Notes under the pieces: generated by a model
The model's database searches: none
What the model saw: the letters and a program-made list of their open reading frames with translations, nothing else
What the model was told of the DNA's origin: nothing
Part shown: piece after piece, positions 10,257 to 25,611 of the stretch
Layout of the letters: the number at the start of each line of letters is the position of its first letter
Position numbering within the stretch: the stretch's first letter is position 1
Origin: Eimeria praecox
Lineage: Eukaryota
Assembly (NCBI GenBank): GCA_963920595.1
Contig: OY986948.1
Span: 2,356,001 to 2,420,000, forward strand
Reading direction: 5' to 3'
DNA length: 64,000 nucleotides
Translations under genes and position numbers: made by a program

Positions 10257-13200
10257 AACGCAAGCACAAATTGCGCCTGCTTGAGCCCTGCAATGCCGTC
10301 AAAGCACGCGTCCACACACTCTCTGTAAGGTCAGTCCAAGCTATGCGTCATGAAAGCTATCGCCAGGTTGTTGGTTCGTCCTCAGTGCCGCATGTTTATA
10401 TCCGTTCGCACAAGAGCGACAAACGGTATCGAGCTGAGCATGAACTAGTGGACTGTATGACCCAAAGCGTCATATCCTCCACTTCCACTGCTAGTCGTGC
10501 ACAAGGCCTTCTTAGTGGCGGGATCTGCTATGGCCGAACGCCTGCCAATAATGGAGGTAGAAATGAGTTTACACAATTGGAATGTGCCCAGCGTCCCGCG
10601 CAAGCCATTATTCATAGTGGCTGGTACGAACAAACAATGCTTGCGACCAAGTCACAGTGCCGCCTCCAGGACCCTTTACAAGTCAAAACTGAAGGGCACT
10701 AGTTAGCGGATTCGTGCTCCCTAGAACTACCAAGGGCCGCCTTGCTGTGAAGCACCGTAGTGAGCGGCTTCCACTGTAAGTTGCCGGCCCAGAAGGGCAA
10801 GCAGACAAGGAGCTGAGAAGAGCCTTTGAGAAAGCAGTGAGCAGTTCGGCGCAGAGCAACGCCACTGCTGTGGACAGGCCAGCAGATGCAGCATGCGCAG
10901 CTTAAAAAGGAGCCTTGTACCGTTGCCAAGGGTGTTAGTAGGATGCGCGGCAAGATTGAAGGACACGCCCATCGAAGTCCAAAACCTTCTCCGCGCGATT
11001 CCGATTCTTCACGCCGGTTTCGGGCCCGGCCATCTCGTAAATTCCGTCTTCCCAATTCGCTTCAAATTCCATCCTAATGGACTAACAATTCAAGCTGAAG
11101 CGGCATGCTCCTGCGCCTGATAGTAATGCAGCCACTAGCTGGTTTATATAGCCGAGTTCCTCAGTACACCAATGCACTGAGGCGATACCAGCGTTACTTC
11201 GAGGCGCCACAAGCACCTTCAACTGTTTTCATATGATGTTGCAAAACAACATACCTTCAGAGGGGCCGAGCAGAATTACCGTGATGACGGTTGCACAAAC
11301 GCTTCCAGATGAGGCGAACAGATCCCTCCTCAGTCAGCCGCTCAGCATCACTGCAATACCACCGCACCTGTTAGAACTGAATCGTCACCTCAACTTCTGC
11401 AAGCAGAGCATCTGCACGAAAAGGACGCTGTTAGAACATCTCACTGCGACCCTTCACCGACGGAGCAGCGTATCTTCAACTGAGTGGTGAGCGATCAACG
11501 GCATCGTCGATGGTTTGACACCCCCCTCTCTGCTGCTTCCTTATATGCGCAGGGGCGCTAGATCAACATTAGTGGCGCCTGCAGCCCAATGTATTATACC
11601 TTTCTACTCAGCTGGCGCAGCTGAGGCGGCCATGCAGGCGCGCTACTAGGATTCCGCCCTTAGTGCTGTCAGTGCTGTCTTTTGTTCTACTGATCCAGCT
11701 TACCGCCTGTTCTTCATCCCCTTACGCACGATAGCGAACGGTAGAGCGATCCTGCGGATCGTGGGACGGGAAGCAGCAACACTGAGAGAGGGGCGCTGAA
11801 AATATGTGTCGGGCCCGCAACACTGCTGCCTGCAGAAGGTCCAGCCCCCAAGAAAGCATCGCTAACACATGCCAGCGGCACGTCGGACACGCAGGACGGG
11901 CAAATACAAGCCTTCGGCGCCTTGCAGAGTTTCTAAAGGTCGCACAAATTCGCACATTACACACGGACGTGGCACCCAAGGACTAGTGGGCAGCCCACAC
12001 GCTGCCCATTCCTGTCCGCTGGTTGCTTTGCAAGACGAAAGGCATGTCCTTGTCCTGTGATGCGTCAAGCAGAGAAGCTGAACGAGCATTTAGCAAAGAC
12101 CGCACAAATCAAACAGATGCCCTACACCTCAGCTGAGACACACTGGAAACCGAGCTCTCAATTCCAAGGAATCCTTTGGCCAAATCGCTAACGCGTACAA
12201 AGCCTATCAGCAGGGTCTGACTTCCCTTGGAATGCCTTTGACTTGTGCATTGTCCAAACGTGCCACGTAATCATCTTAGATCAATTACGCGGGAAACCTT
12301 GCATTGTGGCTTTTGACCGTCACCAGCAAATATGTGATGGGCAATGCCAGAAGGAGCAGCGCGCCTACTACCACAAAAACCTAAATGTCAGGCAAACAAT
12401 CAAGGGAATTGAGCAGCTCGCAACCTCAAGAACAGTGTGTATCTTCTTCCCAATGATATCAACCGGCGTGCAAGTTTGTATGTTGCCCCCTACCAATCCT
12501 CTCAAAATAGTCCTACGGCAGCCGCTGTTGTTGTTTACCAAAACTCAGCATGGCGATGACGCACATTCTAAAACCTCATTGGACTAGGAAAGCCGCATTC
12601 AGTAGCTGACGCGTATTGAAAGCGAACGGGTGCGAAAAAAGACACACCTCCTTGCGTCCAGCCGACTGCTGTCGCATGCCTCATCCCAAGCACGAGGCCA
12701 ACGTAAACCAACGGAAACACCGGGGAGCATGCTATCGCTAGTCTACACCCAAATACGCTTTGTTCTGCTTCCCTACAAACTATTCCCTACAAACTAGCAC
12801 TGATTCGCTCAAATGGCTCACCAAGCAATACGCTAGAAGCAAGCTAAATCGCAAAACGTACAACTGTTCCATAGCGCCTACAGTGGTCCCTCCCTAACCC
12901 TGGAAAATGCGGGGGCACTCGTCCCGCGCAAACAAGTAAATTAACGTGCATGTAAGAAGCCTCAAATCGGGGGGTTCCGCTCGCGCTCAACGCTGACGCT
13001 ACAAGGAAAAGCACTTCTCCACTTCGATAACTGAACCGATGCTCTCGCACCAAACTAAGAGATCATGAACTGTCTCACTGAACTAGCTGACAACTAAGGA
13101 CGGTGGGATCGAAAACATGGCCAGCAGCTTCCGGTTTGCTGTTTCAAACGGTTCCCGCCCTGCAACTAACAGTCAACCAAAGACGGCGGAGGGCAGCAAA

Positions 13201-15379
13201 GTGCAGGAGCTATTCAGCGCCTACTAATCAGTTGGTGCTGGTTGCAACTTGTGCATAGCGGCACCTAAACAAGTCCTCAAGCGAAATGGTACAAAATCAC
13301 CGCTTGTTGAAGTTACGGCTTAATCTAAGTGCTTGCTTGCCGCATACGTATGTGCAACCTGCCTTCAACCTACACGATTCCATTAAACAACCACACGTTC
13401 CCGCACCTCCTGCATCAGAGCATAGTTCCTACGATAATGACCGTGCTTCACAAGCGCTTGCTTGTTCGTCTGATGCCCTCCGGTGCTTCTCCCGGTCATC
13501 ATCACCTCTCACACAAACGTAAAACAAACAACTTGGCATACTAGCCTGCGTCTGCTCCCTTTACGGCCACACACATGTATCGGAACGGCTTCATGGCATC
13601 GCACCGCCAACACACCAAGGTAAACAAACTGAATCACGCAGTTCGGTGTCACTTTCTGAGCACCTCAGCTCCACAATACCATGCCCGACAAAGCCTTAGC
13701 ACTAGCTGTGAACAGGCAGGTATTAGCGGTAAGGGTGTTGCACAGACAAACTCTACAAAATGAGGCACGCCCAGATTCTGCCTCCCATTCTGCCCTGCGG
13801 CACTACACAGGTGACAAACTACAAGGCCATCAAGCAACAACGCTAAAGCCACAATGAGCTCCGACTCTGAAAATATCTGCTGCCAACGTTGGACAAGCCA
13901 CACCCTTGTTGCGGCCGCCGAGCGAGATCACAATGCGCTGGCTCTACAATGCATCTCGCTCTTGGAAAATCGCAACTGACCTCTTTGTCAACAGCTGAGG
14001 GAACAACCGGCCTTTATACTCAACGCGTCCGCAAGTGCCCGACTGAGAAATTCTGTATGCGTAACAAGCATGCGACCCTTTGATATTTGACCGGGCATCT
14101 GCGGAGACTTGACTCACAAACTGCGTCCAGTGCCTCCAAGTAACATCTGACCCGAAATAAAGCTGTTTACCATCTCGTCTGAGCCACTAAATTCGCAAGG
14201 CCTAGCCGTTGCTATGAGGAAATCCTGCTGCATGGATCCCCACTAATTATGCTTCGCTTTGGGCGATTCAAAACGCTTGCGCACCTGCCCTACCAACGCG
14301 CGTATACCAACGCCCCCCCGGCACAAAAGCTGGTCCATCAAGCCACAGGCACACACACGCACATGTATGTCAAGCAAAGCTCACACTCCAATTGGTGCAA
14401 CTGCAGGAAATAGACCTGGCTTGACAGGCACCAAAACGCTGCCGCATATAAGCAGGAAATCCCGTTATGCAGAGGTAGGTATATCATGCGTAGCAAAGCT
14501 CGCTTCTCCAATGTTTGCGATCCCCTTTTCGCATAGATGCCTGTTAATGAGCTGGTCAGAAATCGAAGGGTCAAGCTGAAATTTAGGCTTGCCTTCAGGA
14601 AATCTCTACTCTAAACTAGGACCGCAGCCCTCACCTCACCAAAATGCAGGTTATAGAGGCTGCCCAAACATTGTGGTGACCAGGGCTGCATGCTGCAGAT
14701 GCAATGCCTGATCTTCACGCTTTCGCATCGCTTTAGGCGCTGCCCGCATCCTTGAATCCTTTTGGAACGATGGCAAATCCGCGACTCCCCGGCTACATAA
14801 TGTAGGTGACCCGCTCCAGACACCGACTCACGTTCTGCAGTAACACAGCATTCGTGTAGGGGCATGCTCTGTCATGTGCTTTGACGTGCGCACAGCCATT
14901 TAGTCTCCCAGCGAACCGTTGGCATTAAGCTCAGCAGATGAAATCTACACCCATATCTCATGTACTCTCCATCCAAGTCCTCGAAGACGCCTTCGGCCAA
15001 CCATCACGAAACGCTTTAACACTTGTGAGCGTACAGGCACTTCAACGTATAACTAAGCATGTAACTAAGCATCGTCCAGTCAGAGATGCATGCAAAATAG
15101 GGGTACGTAGCAACGCTCGGAAGAAAAGAAGACCCATTGTGACAGGCTATGCCCTGCCAGATTTTCGTTAGACCCTAACTCCTGCAAAGCTGCGCCGCAA
15201 AGCCTATCAGCCGACATGCTGAGATTCTCTACAAATTCTTGTGCCTTCATCGCTGGCACACCAACTCACAATCCAACAAAATAATTCAGGGCAGTCTTGC
15301 AGAGATCGGCTGCAACTCCCAGCTTTACCATCCATCGCAGCTGGCAACTCGCTCAGCCAACCAACCCACCAACGGGGTA
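10257..15379. repeat. Repeat copy 3 (5123 bp)
   Basis: Anchor spacing. Lacks the 5 extra bp of the hairpin variant. Confidence 0.97.
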
Positions 15380-18300
15380 AACGCAAGCACAAATTGCGCC
15401 TGCTTGAGCCCTGCAATGCCGTCAAAGCACGCGTGCACACACTCTCTGTAAGGTCAGTCCAAGCTATACGTCATGAAAGCTATCGCCAGGTTGCTGGTTC
15501 GTCCTCAGTGCCGCATGTTTATATCCGTTCGCACAAGAGCGACAAACGGTATCGAGCTGAGCATGAACTAGTGGACTGTACGACCCAAAGCGTCATATCC
15601 TCCACTTCCACTGCTAGCCGTGCACACAGCCTTCTTAGTGGCGGGATCTGCTATGGCCGAACGCCTGCCAATAATGGAGACAGAAGTGAGTTTACACAAT
15701 TGGAACGTGCCCAGTGTCTCGCGCAAGCCATTATTCATAGTGGCTGGTACGAACAAACAATGCTTGCGACCAAGTCACAGTGTCGCCTCCAGGGCCCTTC
15801 ACAAGTCAAAAGTGAAGGGCACTAGTTAGCGGATTCGTGCTTCCTAGAACTACCAAGGGCCGCCTTGCTGTGAAGCACCGTAGTGAGCGACTTCCACTGT
15901 AAGTTGCCGACCCAGAAGGGCAAGCAGACAAGGAGCTGAGAAGAGCCTTTGAGAAAGCAGTGAGCAGTTCGGCGCAGAGCAACGCCAATGCTGTGGACAG
16001 GCCAGCAGATGCACCATGCGCAGCTTAAAAAGGAGCCTTGTACCATTGCCAAGGGTGTTAGTAGGATGCGCGGCAAGATTGAAGGACACGCCCATCGAAG
16101 CCCAAAACCTTCTCCGCGCGATTCCGATTCTTCACGCCGGTTTCGGGCCCGGCCATCTCGTGAATTCCGTCTTTTCAATTCACTTCAAATTGCATCCTTA
16201 TGGACTAACAACTCAAGCTGAAGCGGCATGCTCCTGCGTCTGATAGTAACGCAGCCACTAGCTGCTTTACATAACCGAGTTCCTCAGTACACCAATGCAC
16301 TGAGGCGATTCCAGCGTTACTTCGAGGCGCCACAAGCACCTTCAACTGTTTTCATATGATGTTGCAAAACAACATACCTTCTGAGGGGCCGAGCAGAATT
16401 ACCATGATAACCGTTGCACAAACTCTTCCAGATGAGGCGAACAGATCCCTCTTCAGTCAGCCGCTCAGCATCACTGCAATACCACCGCACCTATCAGAAC
16501 TGAATCGTCACCCCAACTTCTGCAAGCAGAGCATCTGCATGAAAAGGACGCTGTTAGAACATCGCACTGCGACCCTTCACCGGCAGAGCAGCGTATCTTC
16601 AACTGAGTGGTGAACGATCAACGGCATCGTCGATGGTTTGAAACCCCCTCTCTGCTGCTGCCATATATGCGCAGGGGCGCTAGATCAACATTAGTGGCGC
16701 CTGCAGCCCAATGTATTATACCTTTCTACTCAGCTGGCGCAGCTGAGGCGGCCATGCAGGCGCGCTACTAGGATTCCGCCCTTAGTGCTGTCAGTGCTGT
16801 CTTTTGTTCTACTGATCCAGCGTACCGCCTGTTCTTCATCCCCTTACGCACGATAGCGAACGGTAGAGCGATCCTGCGGATCGTGGGGCGGGAAGCAGCA
16901 ACACTGAGAGAGGGGCGCTGAAAATATGTATCGGGCCCGCAACATTGCTGCCTGCAGAAGGTCCATCCCCCAAGAAAGCATCGCTAACACATGCCAGCGG
17001 CACGTCGGACACGCAGGACGGGCACATACAAGCCCTCGTGGCCTTGCAGAGTTTCCAAAGGTCGCACAAATTCGCACAGTACACACGGACGTAGCACCCA
17101 AGGACTAGTGGGCAGCCCACACGCTGTCCATTCCTGTCCGCTGGTTGCTTTGCAAGACGAAAGGCATGTCCTTGTCCTGTGATGCGTCAAGCAGAGAAGC
17201 TGAACGAGCATTTAGCAAAGACCGCACAAATCAAACAGATGCCCTACAACTCAGCTGAGACACACTGGAAACCGAGCTCTCAATTCCAAGGAATCCTTTG
17301 GCCAAATCGCTAACGCGTACAAAGCCTATCAGCAGGGTCTGACTTCCCTTGGAATGCCTTTCACTTGTGCATTGTCCAAACGTGCCACGTAATCATCTGA
17401 GATCAATTACGCGGGAAACCTTGCATTGTGGCTTTTGACCGTCACCAGCAAATATGTGATGGGCAATGCCAGAAGGAGCAGCGCGCCTACTACCACAAAA
17501 ACCTAAATGTCAGGCAAACAATCAAAGGAATTGAGCAGCTCGCAACCTCAAGAACAGTGTGTATCTTCTTCCCAATGATATCAACCGGCGTGCAAGTTTG
17601 TATGTTGCCCCCTACCAATCCTCTCAAAATAGTCCTACGGCAGCCGCTGTTGTTGTTTACCAAAACTCAGCATGGCGATGACGCACATTCTAAAACCTCA
17701 TTGGACTAGGAAAGCCGCATTCAGTAGCTGACGCGTATTGAAAGCGAACGGGTGCGAAAAAAGACACACCTCCCTGCGTCCAGTCGACTTCTGTCGCATG
17801 CCTCATCCCAAGCACGAGGCCAACGTAAACCAACGGAAACAGCGGGGAGCATGCTATCGCTAGTCTACACCCAAATACGCTTTGTTCTGCTTCCCTACAA
17901 ACTATTCCCTACAAACTAGCACTGATTCGCTCAAATGGCTCACCAAGCAATACGCTAGAAGCAAGCTAAATCCCAAAACGTACAACTGTTCCATAGCGCC
18001 TACAGTGGTCCCTCCCTAACCCTGGAAAATGGGGGGGCACTCGTCCCGCGCAAACAAGTAAATTAACGTGCATGTAAGAAGCCTCAAATCGGGGGGTTCC
18101 GCTTGCTCTCGACGCTGACGCTACAAGGAAAAGCACTTCTCCACTTCGATAACTGAACCGATGCTCTCGCACCAAACTAAGAGATCATGAACTGTCTCAC
18201 TGAACTAGCTGACAACTAAGGACGGTGGGATCGAAAACATGGCCAGCAGCCTCCGGTTTGCTGTTTCAAACGGTTTCCGCCCTGCAACTAACAGTCAACC

Positions 18301-20503
18301 AAAGACGGCGGAGGGCAGCAAAGTGCAGGAGCTATTCAGCGCCTACTAATCAGTTGGTGCTGGTTGCAACTTGTGCATAGCGGCACCTAAACAAGTCCTC
18401 AAGCGAAATGGTACAAAATCACCGCTTGTTGAAGTTACGGCTTAATCTAAGTGCTTGCTTGCCGCATACGTATGTGCAACCTGCCTTCAACCTACACGAT
18501 TCCATTAAACAACCAAACGTTCTCGCACCTCCTGCATCAGAGCATAGTTCCTACCATAATGACCGTGCTACACAAGCGCTTGCTTGTTCGTCTGATGCCC
18601 TCCGGTGCTTCTCCCGGTCATCATCACCTCTCACACAGACGTAAAATAAGCAACTTGGCATACTAGCCTGCGTCTGCTCCCTTTACGGCCACACACATGT
18701 ATCGGAACGGCTTCTTCATGGCATCGCACCGCCAACACACCAAGGTAAACAAACTGAATCACGCAGTTCGGTGTCACTTTCTGAGCACCTCAGCTCCACA
18801 ATACCATGCCCGACAAAGCCTTAGCACTAGCTGTGAACAGGCAGGTATTAGCGGTAGGGGTTTTGCACAGACAAACTCTACAAAATGAGGCACGCCCAGA
18901 TTCTGCCTCCCATTCTGCCCTGCGGTACTACACAGGTGACAAACTACAAGGCCATCAAGCAACAACGCTAAAGCCACAATGAGCTCCGACTCTGAAAATA
19001 TCTGCTGCCAACGTTGGACAAGCCACACCCTTGTTGCGGCCGCCGAGCGAGATCACAATGCGCTGGCTCTACAATGCATCTCGCTCTTGGAAAATCGCAA
19101 CTGACCTCTTTGTCAACAGCTGAGGGAACAACCGGCCTTTACACTCAACAAGTCCGCAAGTGCCCGACTGAGAAATTCTGTATGCGTAACAAGCATGCGA
19201 CCCTTTGATATTTGACCGGGCATCTGCGGAGACTTGACTCACAAACTGCGTCCAGTGCCTCCAAGTAACATCTGACCCGAAATAAGGCTGTTTACCATCT
19301 CGTCTGAGCCACTAAATTCGCAAGGCCTAGCCGTTGCTATGAGGAAATCCTGCTGCATGGATCCCCACTAATTATGCTTCGCTTTGGGCGATTCAAAACA
19401 CTTGCGCACCTGCCCTATCAGCGCTCGTATACCAACGCCCCCCCCGGCACAAAAGCTGGTCCATCAAGCCACAGGCACACACACGCACATGTATGTCAAG
19501 CAAAGCTCACACGCCAATTGGTGCAACTGCAGGAAATAGACCTGGCTTGACAGGCACTAAAACGCTGCCGCATATAAGCAGGAAATCCCGTTATGCAGAG
19601 GTAGGTATATCATGCGTAGCAAAGCTCGCTTCTCCAATGTTTGCGACCCCCTTTTCGCATAGATGCCTGTGAATGAGCTGGTCAGAAATCGAAGGGTCAA
19701 GCTGAAATTTAGGCTTGCCTTAAGGAAATCTCTACTCTAAACTAGGACCGCAGCCCTCACCTCACCACAATGCAGGTTATAGAGGCTGCCCAAACATAGT
19801 GGTGACCAGGGCTGCATGCTGCAGATGCAATGCCTGATCTTCACGCTTTCGCACAGCTTTAGGCTCTGCCCGCATCCTTAATCCTTTTGGAACGATGGCA
19901 AATCCGCGACTCCCCGGCTACATAATGTAGGTGACCCGCTCCAGACACCGACTCACGTTCTGCAGTAACACAGCATTCGTGTAGGGGCATGCTCTGTCAT
20001 GTGCTTTGACGTGCGCACAACCAGTTATTCTTCCAGAGAACCGTTGGCATTACGCTCAGCAGATGAAATCTACACCCATATCTCATGTACTCTCCATCCA
20101 AGTCCTCGAAGACGCCTTCGGCCAACCATCACGAAACGCTTTACACTTGTGAGCGTACAGGCACTTCAACGTATAACTAAGCATGTAACTAAGCATCGTC
20201 CAGTCAGAGATGAATGCAAAATAAGGGTACGTAGCAGCGCTCGGAGGAAAAGAAGACCCATTGTGACAGGCTATGCCCTGCCAGATTTTCGTTAGACCCT
20301 AACTCCTGCAAAGCTGCGCCGCAAAGCCTATCAGCCGGCATGCTGAGATTCTCTACAAAGTCTTGTGCCTTCATCGCTGGCACACCAACTCACAATCCAA
20401 CAAAATAATTCAGGGCAGTCTTGCAGAGATCGGCTGCAATTCCCAGCTTTACCATCCATCGCAGCTGGCAACTCACACAGCCAACCAACCAACCAACTGG
20501 GTA
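15380..20503. repeat. Repeat copy 4 (5124 bp)
   Basis: Anchor spacing. Has a CTT insertion (CGGCTTCTTC) shared with copies 5-7. Confidence 0.97.
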
Positions 20504-23500
20504 AACGCAAGCACAAATTGCGCATGCTTGTGCCCTGCAATGCCGTCAAAGCACGCGCCCACACACGCTCTGTAAGGCCAGCCCAAGCTATGCGTCATGA
20601 AAGCTATCGCCAGGTTGTTGGTTCGTCCTCAGTGCCGCATGTTTATATCCGTTCGCACAAGAGCGACAAACGGTATCGAGCTGAGCATGAACTAGTGGAC
20701 TGTACGACCCAAAGCGTCATATCCTCCACTTCCACTGCTAGTCGTGCACAAGGCCTTCTTAGTGGCGGGATCTGCTATGGCCGAACGCCTGCCAATAATG
20801 GAGGCAGAAATGAGTTTACACAATTGGAATGTGCCCAGCGTCCCGCGCAAGCCATTATTCATAGTGGCTGGTACGAACAAACAATGCTTGCGACCAAGTC
20901 ACAGTGTCGCCTCCAGGGCCCTTCACAAGTCAAAAGTGAAGGGCACTAGTTAGCGGATTCGTGCTTCCTAGAACTACCAAGGGCCGCCTTGCTGTGAAGC
21001 ACCGTAGTGAGCGGCTTCCACTGTAAGTTGCCGACCCAGAAGGGCAAGCAGACAAGGAGCTGAGAAGAGCCTTTGAGAAAGCAGTGAGCAGTTCGGCGCA
21101 GAGCAACGCCAATGCTGTGGACAGGCCAGCAGATGCACCATGCGCAGCTTAAAAAGGAGCCTTGTACCATTGCCAAGGGTGTTAGTAGGATGCGCGGCAA
21201 GATTGAAGGACACGCCCATCGAAGTCCAAAACCTTCTCCGCGCGATTCCGATTCTTCACGCCGGTTTCGGGCCCGGCCATCTCGTAAATTCCGTCTTTTC
21301 AATTCACTTCAAATTGCATCCTTATGGACTAACAACTCAAGCTGAAGCGGCATGCTCCTGCGTCTGATAGTAACGCAGCCACTAGCTGCTTTACATAACC
21401 GAGTTCCTCAGTACACCAATGCACTGAGGCGATTCCAGCGTTACTTCGAGGCGCCACAAGCACCTTCAACTGTTTTCATATGATGTTGCAAAACAACATA
21501 CCTTCTGAGGGGCCGAGCAGAATTACCATGATAACCGTTGCACAAACTCTTCCAGATGAGGCGAACAGATCCCTCTTCAGTCAGCCGCTCAGCATCACTG
21601 CAATACCACCGCACCTATCAGAACTGAATCGTCACCCCAACTTCTGCAAGCAGAGCATCTGCATGAAAAGGACGCTGTTAGAACATCGCACTGCGACCCT
21701 TCACCGGCAGAGCAGCGTATCTTCAACTGAGTGGTGAACGATCAACGGCATCGTCGATGGTTTGAAACCCCCTCTCTGCTGCTGCCATATATGCGCAGGG
21801 GCGCTAGATCAACATTAGTGGCGCCTGCAGCCCAATGTATTATACCTTTCTACTCAACTGGCGCAGCTGAGGCGGCCATGCAGGCGCGCTACTAGGATTC
21901 CGCCCTTAGTGCTGTCAGTGCTGTCTTTTGTTCTACTGATCCAGCGTACCGCCTGTTCTTCATCCCCTTACGCACGATAGCGAACGGTAGAGCGATCCTG
22001 CGGATCGTGGGACGGGAAGCAGCAACACTGAGAGAGGGGCGCTGTAAATATGTGTCGGGCCCGCAACACTGCTGCCTGCAGAAGGTCCATCCCCCAAGAA
22101 AGCATCGCTAACACATGCCAGCGGCACGTCGGACACACAGGACGGGCACATACAAGCCCTTGTCGCCTTGCAGAGCTTCTAAAGGTCGCACAAATTCGCA
22201 CAGTACACACGGACGTGGCACCCAAGGACTAGTGGGCAGCCCACACGCTGCCCATTCCTGTCCGCTGGTTGCTTTGCAAGACGAAAGGCATGTCCTTGTC
22301 CTGTGATGCGTCAAGCAGAGAAGCTGAACGACCATTTAGCAAAGACCGCACAAATCAAACAGATGCCCTACACCTCAGCTGAGACACACTGGAAACCGAG
22401 CTCTCAATTCCCAGGAATCCTTTGGCCAAATCGCTAACGCGTACAAAGCCTAACAGCAGGGCCTGACTTCCCTTGGAATGCCTTTGACTTGTGCATTGTC
22501 CAAACGTGCCACGCAATCATCTTAGATCAATTACGCGGGAAACCTTGCATTGAGGCTTTTGACCGTCACCAGCAAATATGTGATGGGCAATGCCAGAAGG
22601 AGCAGCGCGCCTACTACCACAAAAACCTAAATGTCAGGCAAACAATCAAGGGAATTGAGCAGCCCGCAACCTCAAGAACAGTGTGTATCTTCTTCCCAAT
22701 GATATCAACCGGCGTGCAAGTTTGTATGTTGCCCCCTACCAATCCTCTCAAAATAGTCCTACGGCAGCCGCTGTTGTTGTTTACCAAAACTCAGCGTGGC
22801 GATGACGCACATTCTAAAACCTCATTGGACTAGGAAAGCCGCATTCAGTAGCTGACGCGTATTGAAAGCGAACGGGTGCGAAAAAAGACACACCTCCTTG
22901 CGTCCAGCCGACTTCTGTCGCATGCCTCATCCCAAGCACAAGGCCAACGTAAACCAACGGAAACAGCGGGGAGCATGCTATCGCTAGTCTAAACCCAAAT
23001 ACGCTTGTTCTGCTTCCCTACAAACTAGCACTGATTCGCTTAAATGGCTCACCAAGCAATACGCTAGAAGCAAGCTAAATCGCAAAACGTACAACTGTTC
23101 CATAGCGCCTACAGTGGTCCCTCCCTAACCCTGGAAAATGGGGGGGCACTCGTCCCGCGCAAACAAGTAAATTAACGTGCATGTAAGAAGCCTCAAATCG
23201 GGGGGTTCCGCTTGCTCTCCACGCTGACGCTACAAGGAAAACCACTTCTCCACTTCGATAACTGAACCGATGCTCTCGCACCAAACTAAGAGCTCATGAA
23301 CTGTCTCACTGAACTAGCTGACAACTAAGGACGGTGGGATCGAAAACATGGCCAGCAGCTTCCGGTTTGCTGTTTCAAACGGTTTCCGCCCTGCAACTAA
23401 CAGTCAACCAAAGACGGCGGAGGGCAGCAAAGTGCAGGAGCTATTCAGCGCCTACTAATCAGTAGGTGCTGGTTGCAGCTTGTGCGTAGCGGCACCTAAA

Positions 23501-25611
23501 CAAGTCCTCAAGCGAAATGGTACAAAATCACCGCTTGTTGAAGTTACGGCCTTATCTAAGTGCTTGCTTGCCGCATACGTATGTGCAACCTGCCTTCAAC
23601 GTACACGATTCCCTTAAACAACCAAACGTTCTCGCACCTCCTGCATCAGAGCATAGTTCCTACGATAATGGCCGTGCTTCACAAGCGCTTGCTTGTTCGT
23701 CTGACGCCCTCCGGTGCTTCTCCCGGTCATCATCACCTATCACACAAAAGTAAAATAAGCAACTTGGCATACTAGCCTGCGTCTGCTCCCTTTACGGCCA
23801 CACACATGTATCGGAACGGCTTCTTCACGGCATCGCACCGCCAACACACCAAGGTAAACAAACTGAATCACGCAGTTCGGTGTCACTTTCTGAGCACCTC
23901 AGCTCCACAATACCATGCCCGACAAAGCCTTAGCACTAGCTGTGAACAGGCAGGTATTAGCGGTAAGGGTTTTGCACAGACAAACTCTACAAAATGAGGC
24001 ATGCCCAGATTCTGCCTCCCATTCTGCCCTGCGGTACTACACAGGTGACAAACTACAAGGCCATCAAGCAACAACGCTAAAGCCACAATGAGCTCCGACT
24101 CTGAAAATATCTGCTGCCAACGTTGGACAAGCCACACCCTTGTTGCGGCCGCCGAGCGAGATCACAATGCGCTGGCTCTACAATGCATCTCGCTCTTGGA
24201 AAATCGCAACTGACCTCTTTGTCAACAGCTGAGGGAACAACCGGCCTTTACACTCAACGCGTCCGCAGGTGCCCGACTGAGGAATTTTGTATGCGTAACA
24301 AGCATGCGACCCTTTGATATTTGACCGGGCATCTGCGGAGACTTGACTCACAAGCTGCGTCCAGTGCCTCCAAGTAACATCTGACCCGAAATAAGGCTGT
24401 TTACCATCTCGTCTGAGCCACTAAATTCGCAGGCCTAGCCGTTGCTATGAGGAAATCCTGCTGCATGGATCCCCACTAATTATGCTTCGCTTTGGGCGAT
24501 TCACAACACTTGCGCACCTGCCCTACCAGCGCTCGTATACCAACGCCCCCCCGGCACAAAAGCTGGTCCATCAAGCCACAGGCACACACACGCACATGTA
24601 TGTCAGTTAAAGCTCACACGCCAACTGGTGCAACTGCACGAAATAGACCTGGCTTGACAGGCACCAAAACGCTGCCGCATATAAGCAGGAAATCCCGTTA
24701 TGCAGAGGTAGGTATATCATGCGTAGCAAAGCTCGCTTCTCCAATGTTTGCGATCCCCTTTTCGCATAGATGCCTGTGAATGAGCTGGTCAGAAATCGAA
24801 GGGTCAAGCTGAAATTTAGGCTTGCCTTCAGGAAATCTCTACTCTGAACTAGGACCGCAGCCCTCACCTCACCAAAATGCAGGTTATAGAGGCTGCCCAA
24901 ACATAGTGGTGACCAGGGCTGCATGCTGCAGATGCAATGCCTGATCTTCACGCTTTCGCACAGCTTTAGGCTCTGCCCGCATCCTTAATCCTTTTGGAAC
25001 GATGGCAAATCCGCGACTCCCCGGCTACATAATGTAGGTGACCCGCTCCAGACACCGACTCACGTTCTGCAGTAACACAGCATTCGTGTAGGGGCATGCT
25101 CTGTCATGTGCTTTGGCGTGCGCACAACCAGTTATTCTTCCAGAGAACCGTTGGCATTACGCTCAGCAGATGAAATCTACACCCATATCTCATGTACTCT
25201 CCATCCAAGTCGTCGAAGACGCCTTCGGCCAACCATCACGAAACGCTTTAACACTTGTGAGCGTACAGGCACTTCAACGTATAACTAAACATGTAACTAA
25301 GCATCGTCCAGTCAGAGATGAATGCAAAATAAGGGTACGTAGCAGCGCTCGGAGGAAAAGAAGACCCATTGTGACAGGCTATGCCCTGCCAGATTTTCGT
25401 TAGACCCTAACTCCTGCAAAGCTGCGCCGCAAAGCCTATCAGCCGGCATGCTGAGATTCTCTACAAAGTCTTGTGCCTTCATCGCTGGCACACCAACTCA
25501 CAATCCAACAAAATAATTCAGGGCAGTCTTGCAGAGATCGGCTGCAACTCCCAGCTTTACCATCCATCGCAGCTGGCAACTCACACAGCCAACCAACCAA
25601 CCAACTGGGTA
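20504..25611. repeat. Repeat copy 5 (5108 bp)
   Basis: Anchor spacing. Single copy of the 14-bp motif. Confidence 0.97.

Noticed and set aside
19436..20150. Singleton 1-bp indels in copy 4 (C8 vs C7 run; CTTTACAC vs CTTTAACAC)
   Set aside because: Single-copy homopolymer changes that could be sequencing or consensus errors.
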